DNA of 32,000 nucleotides from an uncultured Actinomycetes bacterium (GCA_963843975.1 CAWJMG010000003.1:1650001-1682000), one strand, 5' to 3'. Shown: positions 1 to 8,610, numbered from the stretch's first letter. The notes: generated from the letters alone by a model not told the origin. Translations and numbers: made by a program.

Positions 1-902
1 GCCGGGTGGTCGACCGCCTTGGCAAGGGCGTGCGCTCGGCGCCGCGGGACGCCCTCATCGCAGCCTCCGTCCCCCGCGAGCACCTCGGCCGGGCGTTCGG
101 CTTCCACCGCACCGGCGACACCCTCGGCGCCGTGATCGGCCCGCTCATCGCGCTCGCCGGCCTCGCGCTGCTCGACGGAGACATCCGCGCGGTGCTGTGG
201 TGGGCCGTCGTCCCCGCGGTGCTCTCGGTGCTGCTGACACTGCTCGTGCGCGAGCGGCGTACGCCGGCCGAGCAGGCCGCGGTCGAGGTCGCGCCCGTGG
301 TCGAGGCGGCACCGGTGCCGCGCAGCCCGCTCCCCCGCTCCTTCTGGCGCGTCGTCGGCGTGCTCGTGGCGATCGCGGTCGTGAACTTCCCTGATGCCCT
401 GCTGCTGCTGCGGATCTCCGACCTCGGCTACTCGACGACCGAGGTCGTGCTGGCGTACGTGCTCTTCAACGTCGTCTACACGCTGGGGTCGTACCCCGCG
501 GGCGCGATCTCCGACCGGCTGCCACGCCCCGCGGTGTACGGCGTCGGGCTGCTCGCCTTCGGCGTCGCGTACGGCGGCCTCGCGCTCGTCGAACGCGGCC
601 CGTGGGTCTGGGTACTCGTCGGCGTGTACGGCCTCTTCCCGGCGCTGACCGACGGCGTCGGCAAGGCCTGGATCTCGACCCTCGTCGGCGACGAGCACCG
701 GGGTCGCGCGCAGGGCGTGTTCCAGTCGCTCTCGAACGGCGCCGTGTTCCTCGCCGGTCTCTGGGCCGGCCTCGCGTGGGCGCTCGGGCCCGGGGGCGGC
801 GAGGTGCCGCTGCTGGTGTCCGGTGCGGTCGGCCTGGTGGCCGGGCTGGTGCTCGTGGTCGGCCGCCATCGCGTCACGGGCGCACCGCAGCCGCTCGCCT
901 AG
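1..902 (+). CDS. MFS transporter, 5'-truncated by the window edge
   Basis: The reading frame of ORF 6..902 stays open to base 1. It has a DRLGKG loop motif typical of the MFS TM2-TM3 loop, followed by about 8 hydrophobic helices. Stop TAG at 900-902. Confidence 0.75.
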   Translation, partial: RVVDRLGKGVRSAPRDALIAASVPREHLGRAFGFHRTGDTLGAVIGPLIALAGLALLDGDIRAVLWWAVVPAVLSVLLTLLVRERRTPAEQAAVEVAPVVEAAPVPRSPLPRSFWRVVGVLVAIAVVNFPDALLLLRISDLGYSTTEVVLAYVLFNVVYTLGSYPAGAISDRLPRPAVYGVGLLAFGVAYGGLALVERGPWVWVLVGVYGLFPALTDGVGKAWISTLVGDEHRGRAQGVFQSLSNGAVFLAGLWAGLAWALGPGGGEVPLLVSGAVGLVAGLVLVVGRHRVTGAPQPLA

Positions 903-914
903 GCTGAGCCCCAC

Positions 915-996
915 GCGGACGTGGTGGAATTGGCAGACACGCAGGATTTAGGTTCCTGTGCTCTCGAGCATGCGGGTTCGACCCCCGCCGTCCGCA
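915..996 (+). tRNA. tRNA-Leu (anticodon UAG), class II with long variable arm
   Basis: Hand-folded cloverleaf. Acceptor stem GCGGACG/CGTCCGC plus discriminator A. 3-bp D stem GTG/CAC. Anticodon stem CAGGA/TCCTG with loop TTTAGGT (anticodon TAG). Variable arm TGCTCTCGAGCA. T arm GCGGG-TTCGACC-CCCGC. No CCA is encoded. Confidence 0.9.
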
Positions 997-1050
997 CTCG
1001 ACTTGGTAGTGCGGATCCGCACTCTGCTGCCGTCCGCACCACCGAATCGG

Positions 1051-1671
1051 TCAGAGCAGGTCGCGCAGGACCGGGACCAGGGCGCGCAGGGCGTTGCCTC
1101 GGTGGCTGATGGCGTCCTTCTCCTCGTTCGACAGCTCGGAACTCGTCCGCGCCTCGCCGTCCGGCACGAAGATCGGGTCGTAGCCGAAGCCGTTGGTGCC
1201 GCGCGGCTCGCGCACGAGGTGGCCGACCATCTCGCCCTCCACCGTGGCCTCGCGGCCGTCGGGCAGCACGAGCGCGACGGCGCAGCGGAACCGCGCGCCG
1301 AGCCGGTCGTCGGGGGTGTCGCCGAGCTGGGCGAGGACGAGCTCGAGATTGCCGACGTCGGTGCTGCGTCCGGGGATCAGCCCGCCGCTCCAGCGCGCCG
1401 ACAGGATCCCGGGCATGCCGTTGAGCGCGTCGACGCACAGGCCCGAGTCGTCGGCGACGGCCGGTACGCCGGTGGCCGCGCAGACCGCCCGTGCCTTGAG
1501 CAGCGCGTTGCCCTCGAACGTCGACTCGGTCTCCGGCACCTCGGGCACCGACCCCTCGGGGAACGCGCCGATGCCGACGACGTCGACGTGAAGACCCGCC
1601 TCGTCGAGGATCCGGGCCATCTCCTCGATCTTGTGCGCGTTGCGGGACGCGAGCACCACGCGCGAGCTCAT
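1051..1671 (-). CDS. rdgB: RdgB/HAM1 non-canonical purine NTP pyrophosphatase
   Basis: 206 aa. N-terminus [13 protein letters not shown], plus the motifs FEGNALLKA and [21 protein letters not shown]. The ATG overlaps the rph stop (ATGA). Confidence 0.9.
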   Translation of the reverse strand: MSSRVVLASRNAHKIEEMARILDEAGLHVDVVGIGAFPEGSVPEVPETESTFEGNALLKARAVCAATGVPAVADDSGLCVDALNGMPGILSARWSGGLIPGRSTDVGNLELVLAQLGDTPDDRLGARFRCAVALVLPDGREATVEGEMVGHLVREPRGTNGFGYDPIFVPDGEARTSSELSNEEKDAISHRGNALRALVPVLRDLL

Positions 1672-2393
1672 GACGCGAGCGCGGCCTTCTGCAGCTCGGT
1701 GAGGTCGGCGCAGCCCTGCGCGGCGAGCGCGAGCAGCTGGTCGAGCAGCGCGCGGTCGAACGGCTCGCCCTCGGCCGTGCCCTGCACCTCGACGTACCGG
1801 CCGTCACCCGTCATCACGACGTTCATGTCGGTGTCGGCGGCGACATCGTCGTCGTAGTGCAGATCGAGGCGCGGCTCACCGTCGACGATGCCGACCGAGA
1901 CCGCCGCGATCGAGTTGATGATCGGCTTCGCGCCGGCCTTCACGTGGCCCTTGCCGCGCGCCCACTCGATCGCGTCGTGGAGGGCGACGTAGGCGCCGGT
2001 GATGGCCGCGGTCCGCGTGCCTCCGTCGGCCTGCAGCACGTCGCAGTCGATCATGATCGAGTTCTCGCCCAGCGCCGACAGGTCGACCGCCGCGCGCAGC
2101 GAGCGACCGACGAGGCGCGAGATCTCGTGGGTGCGGCCGCCGACCTTCCCGCGGACCGACTCGCGGTCGTTCCGCGTGTTGGTCGCTCGCGGCAGCATGG
2201 CGTACTCGCCGGTGATCCAGCCGAGTCCGGAGTCCTTGCGCCACCGCGGGACGCCTGCGGTGAACGACGCCGCGACGAGCACGCGCGTCTTGCCGAAGGA
2301 CACGAGGCACGAGCCCTCGGCGTGGTCGAGCCAGCCTCGCTGGAACGAGACGGGACGGAGCTGGTCGGCGGCGCGGCCGTCGGAACGGGTCAT
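1668..2393 (-). CDS. rph: Ribonuclease PH
   Basis: 241 aa. RNase PH motifs [16 protein letters not shown] and [19 protein letters not shown]. Conserved position upstream of rdgB. Confidence 0.95.
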   Translation of the reverse strand: MTRSDGRAADQLRPVSFQRGWLDHAEGSCLVSFGKTRVLVAASFTAGVPRWRKDSGLGWITGEYAMLPRATNTRNDRESVRGKVGGRTHEISRLVGRSLRAAVDLSALGENSIMIDCDVLQADGGTRTAAITGAYVALHDAIEWARGKGHVKAGAKPIINSIAAVSVGIVDGEPRLDLHYDDDVAADTDMNVVMTGDGRYVEVQGTAEGEPFDRALLDQLLALAAQGCADLTELQKAALAS

Positions 2394-2420
2394 GCGGCGA
2401 CCCTAACGCCCACCCCCGAC

Positions 2421-2473
2421 CCGATCTGGCTGCCCCTGAGGCACCTCTCGGTGCCTGTCAGGCATCCAGATCG
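2421..2473. repeat. REP-like imperfect palindromic element, copy 1 (related to 20528..20581)
   Basis: Outer arms CGATCTGGCTGCC / GGCATCCAGATCG pair at 12 of 13 positions. Inner stem AGGCACC-tctc-GGTGCCT is 7 bp. The element lies 1 nt from the TGA stop of the MBL gene and shares its termini with the second copy. Confidence 0.7.
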
Positions 2474-2474
2474 A

Positions 2475-3221
2475 TCAGACGTCGAGCACGAGTCCCTGGC
2501 TGGCCAGGCCGAGGTCGCCCTCGAACACCGGCGTGGCCTCGGCGAGGGTCTCGTCCTGCGGGGTCCACGGCACGAGGTGCGTGAGCACCAGGCGCCCGAC
2601 ACCCGCGCGGTTGGCGTGCTGCGCCGCCTGGGTGGCGGTCATGTGCAGGTTGGGCGGCAGATCGGGGTACCGGCTGAGGAAGGACGCCTCGTACAGCGCG
2701 AGGTCGGCGCCGCGCGAGAGCTCGACGAGCGCGTCGCTCTCGCCGGTGTCGCCGCTGAAGACCATCGAGCGGCCACCCGCCTCGACGCGCGAGGCGAAGC
2801 AGGGCACCGGGTGGTTGACCCGCGCGGTCGTGATGCGGAACGGCCCGATCTCGGTGACCTGCACGTGGTCGCGGAACTCGAACTCGCCGTGCATGCCCTC
2901 CTCGGGCGGAAGGTCGTACGCGCGGGCGAGCCGGTCGGCGGACCCCACCGGGCCGAGCACGGGGATCACCGGCGCGTGGCCGTCCGGGTGGTACCTGCGG
3001 AAGACGTAGTACGACGTGAGGTCGATGCAGTGGTCGGCGTGCAGGTGCGACAGCACGACGGCGTCGACGTCGTAGACGTCGGTGTGCTTCTGCAGCGCGC
3101 CGAACGCTCCGTTGCCGAGGTCGAGCACGATCGAGTGCCCGTCGTGCTCGACGAGGTAGCAGGAGGCCGGAGAGTCCGGCCCTGGGTAGGACCCGGAGCA
3201 TCCGACGATCGTCAGGCGCAT
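2475..3221 (-). CDS. MBL-fold metallo-hydrolase
   Basis: 248 aa, the C-terminal part of the artefactual 1006-aa ORF. Begins [14 protein letters not shown] and carries the HxHxDH motif (SHLHADHCID). ATG at 3221-3219 overlaps the murI stop by 1 nt. Same slot as Rv1339 in the mycobacterial gene order. Confidence 0.85.
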   Translation of the reverse strand: MRLTIVGCSGSYPGPDSPASCYLVEHDGHSIVLDLGNGAFGALQKHTDVYDVDAVVLSHLHADHCIDLTSYYVFRRYHPDGHAPVIPVLGPVGSADRLARAYDLPPEEGMHGEFEFRDHVQVTEIGPFRITTARVNHPVPCFASRVEAGGRSMVFSGDTGESDALVELSRGADLALYEASFLSRYPDLPPNLHMTATQAAQHANRAGVGRLVLTHLVPWTPQDETLAEATPVFEGDLGLASQGLVLDV

Positions 3222-4105
3222 CAGGACACGACCTCCACAGCGTGCTCGACGGCGACGACCTCGGGACCGAGGAATCGCTTGGCCAGGGCGGTGAACGGGG
3301 CGGGGTCGCCCGTCGCGAGGAACCGGTGCACGGGAGCGGCGAGCGCGGGGTCGCGCTCGAGACCGTGGGCGACCAGCGTGCGGTACACGTCCTTCGCGGT
3401 CTCGTCCGCGCTGCTGACGAGCGTGACGTCCTCGCCGACGACGTACGAGATGACGCCGGCCAGCAGCGGGTAGTGCGTGCAGCCGAGGACGAGCGTGTCG
3501 ACGCCGGCCTCGACGACCGGGTCGAGGTACTCGTGCGCCACCGACTGGAGCTCGGTGCCGCCGGTGACTCCGGCCTCGACGAACTCGACGAAGCGCGGGC
3601 AGGCCTGCTGCACGAGCGTGATGTCGGGGGCCGCGGCGAAGGCGTCGGCGTAGGCGCCGCTCGTGACCGTGGCGCGGGTGCCGATGACGCCGACACGACC
3701 GGTGCGGGTGACGCGCACCGCTCGTCGTACGGCGGGCTGGATCACCTCGACCACGGGGACGGCGTACCGCTCCCGGGCGTCGCGCAGCACCGCGGCGCTG
3801 GCGGAATTGCAGGCGATGACGAGCATCTTCACGCCCTGCTCGACCAGGTGGTCCATGACGTCGAGGGCGAACGAGCGCACCTCGGGGATCGGTCGGGGGC
3901 CGTACGGGCCGCGGGCGGTGTCGCCGACGTACAGCACCGGCTCGTGCGGCAGCTGGTCGAGGACGGCGCGCGCCACGGTGAGACCCCCGACCCCCGAGTC
4001 GAAGATGCCGATGGGCGCGTCCGTCACGAGAGCCGAGACTAGGCCCCCGACACGGTTCCCGTGGCCTGTCGCCGCATGCCCTGTGTCGCAGCCCACGTCT
4101 GCCAT
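3221..4105 (-). CDS. murI: Glutamate racemase
   Basis: Motifs [21 protein letters not shown] and LGCTHYPLL (the two catalytic Cys). Only the C-terminal 294 aa of the 410-aa ORF is real. ATG at 4105 was chosen. A start about 20 codons further in (near VTDAPIG) is also possible. Confidence 0.88.
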   Translation of the reverse strand: MADVGCDTGHAATGHGNRVGGLVSALVTDAPIGIFDSGVGGLTVARAVLDQLPHEPVLYVGDTARGPYGPRPIPEVRSFALDVMDHLVEQGVKMLVIACNSASAAVLRDARERYAVPVVEVIQPAVRRAVRVTRTGRVGVIGTRATVTSGAYADAFAAAPDITLVQQACPRFVEFVEAGVTGGTELQSVAHEYLDPVVEAGVDTLVLGCTHYPLLAGVISYVVGEDVTLVSSADETAKDVYRTLVAHGLERDPALAAPVHRFLATGDPAPFTALAKRFLGPEVVAVEHAVEVVS

Positions 4106-4154
4106 CCTCGACCTGTCGGGGGGCCTCCCGCCCCTCCGCGTACCGAGGAGTCCC

Positions 4155-4568
4155 ATGTCCACCGACGTCCCCACCAAGCGCCCGGGCGGCGTCACGTTCG
4201 TGATCGCGCTCATCTGGATCTCTGCGCTGCTCAACGCCACGCTCGGCATCTGGATGATGCTGGCCCCGTTCGGCCAGAACCCGACCATCACCGACGTGCA
4301 GGGCAACACCGTCGAGCTGCCCGGCTTCTGGCTGTTCATGAACGGCGCGCTCTCGCTGCTGCTGGCGTTCATGTACGTCTGGCTCGCACGCATGGCCGCG
4401 ATCGGCGCGGCCTCCGCGCAGGTGATCATCCAGGCGCTCGCCGTGATCAACATCGTCTTCGGCCTGTTCCGCCTGCCCTACGGCTGGCTCGGCCTGGTGC
4501 TCAACATCCTGATCCTCGTGATCGCGAGCGGAGCATCCGCCAAGGCCTGGTTCAGCCGCCCCATCTGA
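4155..4568 (+). CDS. Small integral membrane protein (about 4 TM), unknown function
   Basis: ATG 4155 is preceded by GAGGAG 4 nt upstream. 137 aa with four clear hydrophobic helices. Divergent from murI. I recognise no family. Confidence 0.6.
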   Translation: MSTDVPTKRPGGVTFVIALIWISALLNATLGIWMMLAPFGQNPTITDVQGNTVELPGFWLFMNGALSLLLAFMYVWLARMAAIGAASAQVIIQALAVINIVFGLFRLPYGWLGLVLNILILVIASGASAKAWFSRPI

Positions 4569-4582
4569 TCCCACGTACGTCG

Positions 4583-4614
4583 ACGGCCGCGGACCCGATC
4601 GGGTCCGCGGCCGT
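4583..4614. terminator. Perfect 14-bp stem hairpin between convergent genes (probable bidirectional terminator)
   Basis: ACGGCCGCGGACCC-gatc-GGGTCCGCGGCCGT forms a 32-nt perfect palindrome. It lies 15 nt after the membrane-protein stop and 20 nt after the cysM stop. There is no U-tract. Confidence 0.55.
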
Positions 4615-4633
4615 TGTCGTGCACGCAGTGGGG

Positions 4634-5861
<1,228 letters not shown>

Positions 5862-6023
5862 GGCGGGCGTTCTCCACTCGTCGTGCGTCAGGTCGTGCGG
5901 TCTGGGTGGTGCTCGGGTGCGCGGCCGCGACCCGTGGGGTCAAGGACGAGCCTAGGGCCAGGTATTCCCGCGGACGACCCGGCGACGGCCGGCGTACGGC
6001 GTCGCCGCAGGTCAGCGGGGGTG

Positions 6024-6441
6024 TCACACGACGGTGACGGGCTCCTCGGCGACGACGCCGTCCACGATGCGGTACGACCGCAGCTCGTACGGCCCGTCCT
6101 CGGTGCCGGTCTCCCGGGTCGAGACGAGCACGTAGTGGGCCTCGGGCTCGGACGCGTAGCTGCACGTCGGTGCGCGACGGGTACGCCTCGGTCGCGGTGT
6201 GCGAGTGGTAGACGACCACGGGCACCTCGTCGCGGTCGTCCATGTCGCGGTAGAGCCGCAGCAGGTCGAGGGAGTCGAACTCGTAGAAGGTCGGCGACCG
6301 TGCGGCATTGACCATGGGGATGAACCGCTCGGGGCGGTCGCTGCCGGCGGGGCCGGCGATGACGCCGCACGCCTCGTCGGGGTGGTCCTGGCGCGCGTGC
6401 GCCACCATCGCGTCGACCAGGTCCTGTCGGATCGTGAGCAC
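6024..6441 (-). pseudogene. mec: Mec (JAMM/MPN+ CysO-cysteine peptidase) interrupted by an apparent +1 nt insertion
   Basis: The frame from GTG 6441 encodes VLTIRQDLVDAMVAHARQDHPDEACGVIAG...YHSHTATEAYPSRTDVQL, a complete JAMM HxHx7Sx2D motif. The conserved tail ASEPEAHYVLVSTRE...RSYRIVDGVVAEEPVTVV continues in another frame to the stop at 6024. The total span is 418 nt, which is not a multiple of 3. Start is GTG 6441 or GTG 6471. Confidence 0.75.
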
Positions 6442-6646
6442 GCGCCCAGGGTACGAGGCCGCCGAGCGCACGACCGCGCCGCCCGGGCCGACGTGATCCG
6501 CGTCCCCATCAATCGCGTCATAGGTTGTTCAACTTGCGGCCCCTTCCACACGGGGCCACTCTGAGCGAGGCCGCGACCCAGCGCGCGGCTCCGTTGTTCC
6601 GGGAGACGACGGGTTTTCCTCGGCACCTGCCTGTGGAGGCTCGTTC

Positions 6647-7465
6647 ATGTCGTCCGCCGTAGAGACGCTCTCGAACGGACAGTTCCAGACCGTCTACAAC
6701 GTCTTCTCGTTCGCGCTCGCATCCATGCTCTTCACGTCGCTGTTCCTGCTCGTCTCGCAGAGCCGCGTGCTGCCCCGCTACCGCCAGGCGATCGTCGTCT
6801 CGGCCATGGTCTGCGGCATCGCCGCCTACCACTACTTCCGCATCATCAACTCGTTCAACGAGGGCTTCGCACCGACGGCCATCGGCGGCGACTACACGCT
6901 CACGCCGTTCGGCTTCAACGAGGCCTACCGGTACGTCGACTGGCTGCTCACGGTGCCGCTGCTGCTGCTCGAGACGATCGCGGTCCTCGCCCTGCCCCGC
7001 GCCACCCGCACGTCGCTGGTGACCAAGCTCGTGCCCGCGTCGGCTCTCATGATCATCCTCGGGTACCCGGGCGAGGTCGCCCTCGACACCGCCCCCAAGA
7101 TGATCTGGGGCGCCGCCTCGACCATCCCGTTCCTCTACATCCTCTATGTGCTGTTCGTCGAGCTCACCAAGTCGCTCGACCGCCAGCCGAAGGAGGTCGC
7201 TGCGAGCGTCGGCCGCCTGCGCCTGCTGCTCATCGCGACCTGGGGCGTCTACCCCATCTCGTACCTGTTCCCGGTCTTCGGCCTCAACGGTGCCGACGCG
7301 TTCGTGCTGCGCCAGGTCGGCTACTCGGTGGCGGACGTGCTGGCCAAGTGCCTCTTCGGCCTGGTCATCTACAAGATCGCGCGCATGAAGAGCGCCGCCG
7401 ACGACCCGGCCTTCGCCGCCGTCGAGTTCGACGAGGCGCCGTCCACGGAGGCCGTGGCCGCCTGA
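6647..7465 (+). CDS. Microbial type-1 rhodopsin, xanthorhodopsin-like light-driven proton pump (DTE motif)
   Basis: 272 aa, 7 TM. Helix C reads RYVDWLLTVPLLLLE (R95, D98, T102, E109). His62 lies in AAYHYF. Helix G reads VGYSVADVLAK, with D230 and the Schiff-base Lys234. Blocks NVFSF, LGYPGEV, STIPFLYILYVLF and ATWGVYPISY match xanthorhodopsin as I recall it. GGAGG Shine-Dalgarno 8 nt upstream of the ATG. Confidence 0.92.
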   Translation: MSSAVETLSNGQFQTVYNVFSFALASMLFTSLFLLVSQSRVLPRYRQAIVVSAMVCGIAAYHYFRIINSFNEGFAPTAIGGDYTLTPFGFNEAYRYVDWLLTVPLLLLETIAVLALPRATRTSLVTKLVPASALMIILGYPGEVALDTAPKMIWGAASTIPFLYILYVLFVELTKSLDRQPKEVAASVGRLRLLLIATWGVYPISYLFPVFGLNGADAFVLRQVGYSVADVLAKCLFGLVIYKIARMKSAADDPAFAAVEFDEAPSTEAVAA

Positions 7466-7535
7466 CCAGAACCGCCTTCGGGCGTACGTCGGAGTGAAGC
7501 TCCGCATCCTGTGTCTCCCGGCCGGGGTGCGGTCA

Positions 7536-7573
7536 GGGCGGGCCCACCGGTTCCCGGACCGCTGGGCCCGCCC
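7536..7573 (+). terminator. Strong intercistronic hairpin between the opsin and blh (terminator or attenuator candidate)
   Basis: GGGCGGGCCCA / TGGGCCCGCCC form an 11-bp perfect stem. A further CGGT/ACCG extension sits inside the loop. The hairpin starts 71 nt after the opsin stop and ends 42 nt before the blh ATG. There is no U-tract. Confidence 0.5.
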
Positions 7574-7614
7574 ACCCTCCGCATCCGTCTCCGTGCGCCT
7601 CCACGAGGAGAGCC

Positions 7615-8610
7615 ATGACCCTCACCGCCGTCGCGCGGCCGCCTCGCTCGCGGACGCGCATCCCGCTCCTCCCCCTCGCCCTCCTGCTCGGCCCGGTCTC
7701 GGTCGCCGTCGCGATGACGGTGTCCCTCGCCCTCGGCGGGAACGCGGGCACCGTGCCCGCCTGGGCACCGGCCGTCGCTCTGCTCGCCGTCGTCGCGGGC
7801 GTGCCGCACGGCGCGGTCGACCACCTCGCGCTGGTGGTTCCGCCCGCAGGCACCCGACGGGCGGCGCTCGCCGCCGCGTACGTCGGCGCCGCGGCCCTCG
7901 CCACCGCGGCAGTCGTGCTCGCTCCCGCGCAGGCCTTCGTCGCCGTGCTCGCGATGTCGGTGTGGCACTTCGGCACCGGTGACGTCGAGCTCGCGGACGA
8001 GCTGGCTGAGCGAACCGACCGCGCCCGGTGGCGCCGCATCCTGCATGCCGCGGCCGCGGGGTCAGTCCCCGTCCTGCTCCCGCTGACCGCCCCGGCGGCC
8101 GCGTCGACCCTCGCCGCCCTCGAACCGCGGCTGGCCGTGCTCACCGAGCCGTCGCTCCTGGTGTCCGTGCGTGCCGTCGTGCTCGTCCTCGCAGCCGTCG
8201 CAGCGGTCGCCCTGGTGCGGGAGCGCCGGACAGCAGCGGCGGCCGAGCTGGCCCTGCTCGTGGCCCTCGCCCTCACGGTCACCCCGCTCGTGGCGTTCGC
8301 CGTCTACTTCGCCGGCTGGCACGCGGCCCGCCACACGCTGCGCCTCGCGCTCGACGACCACGGCCGGCTCGACCGGGGCCGGCTCCTGGTCGTCCTGCGC
8401 GCCGGGGCGCCGTCGCTCGCCGTCGCCGCCGCCGCGGTGGCCGCCGCGCTGGTCACCCGCGCGGCTCCGGCACCGACCGTCCTCTGGCTCGCGCTCGCGG
8501 CGGTGTGGGGGCTCACCGTTCCGCACATGGCGGTCGTCGGCGCCCTCGGCGCCCGGCGCAGGCGCAGCCTCAGTCCTCGTCGTCCCAGCCCGCAGGCGGC
8601 TCGGACCTGA
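7615..8610 (+). CDS. blh: Brp/Blh-family beta-carotene 15,15'-dioxygenase (retinal synthase)
   Basis: 331 aa, polytopic membrane protein. It has the four conserved His-containing motifs of the family: GVPHGAVDH, VWHFGTGD, YFAGWHAARH and LTVPHM. GAGGAG lies upstream of the ATG. It sits directly downstream of the opsin. Confidence 0.85.
   Translation: MTLTAVARPPRSRTRIPLLPLALLLGPVSVAVAMTVSLALGGNAGTVPAWAPAVALLAVVAGVPHGAVDHLALVVPPAGTRRAALAAAYVGAAALATAAVVLAPAQAFVAVLAMSVWHFGTGDVELADELAERTDRARWRRILHAAAAGSVPVLLPLTAPAAASTLAALEPRLAVLTEPSLLVSVRAVVLVLAAVAAVALVRERRTAAAAELALLVALALTVTPLVAFAVYFAGWHAARHTLRLALDDHGRLDRGRLLVVLRAGAPSLAVAAAAVAAALVTRAAPAPTVLWLALAAVWGLTVPHMAVVGALGARRRRSLSPRRPSPQAART

Noticed and set aside
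987-1039. An 11-nt direct repeat of the tRNA-Leu 3' end (GCCGTCCGCAC at 987-997 and 1029-1039), considered as an att-site scar of an integrated element
   Set aside because: The repeats are only 31 nt apart with nothing between them except a small GTGCGGATCCGCAC hairpin. There is no integrase or cargo nearby, and an 11-mer in GC-rich DNA is weak evidence. At most it is an ancient excision scar.
5862-6023. A SAM-type (SAM-I or SAM-IV) riboswitch in front of cysO
   Set aside because: There is a GGGAAUACCUGGCCCUAGG stretch that superficially recalls the SAM-I core. The other conserved elements I remember (the GGCAACC-type junction and the matching P1/P3 helices) are absent.
6647-7465. The opsin gene as a recent horizontal acquisition, based on its lower overall GC
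   Set aside because: The lower GC comes from Phe/Ile/Tyr/Leu-rich membrane codons. Third positions are almost all G/C, as in neighbouring genes, so the composition does not support recent transfer.
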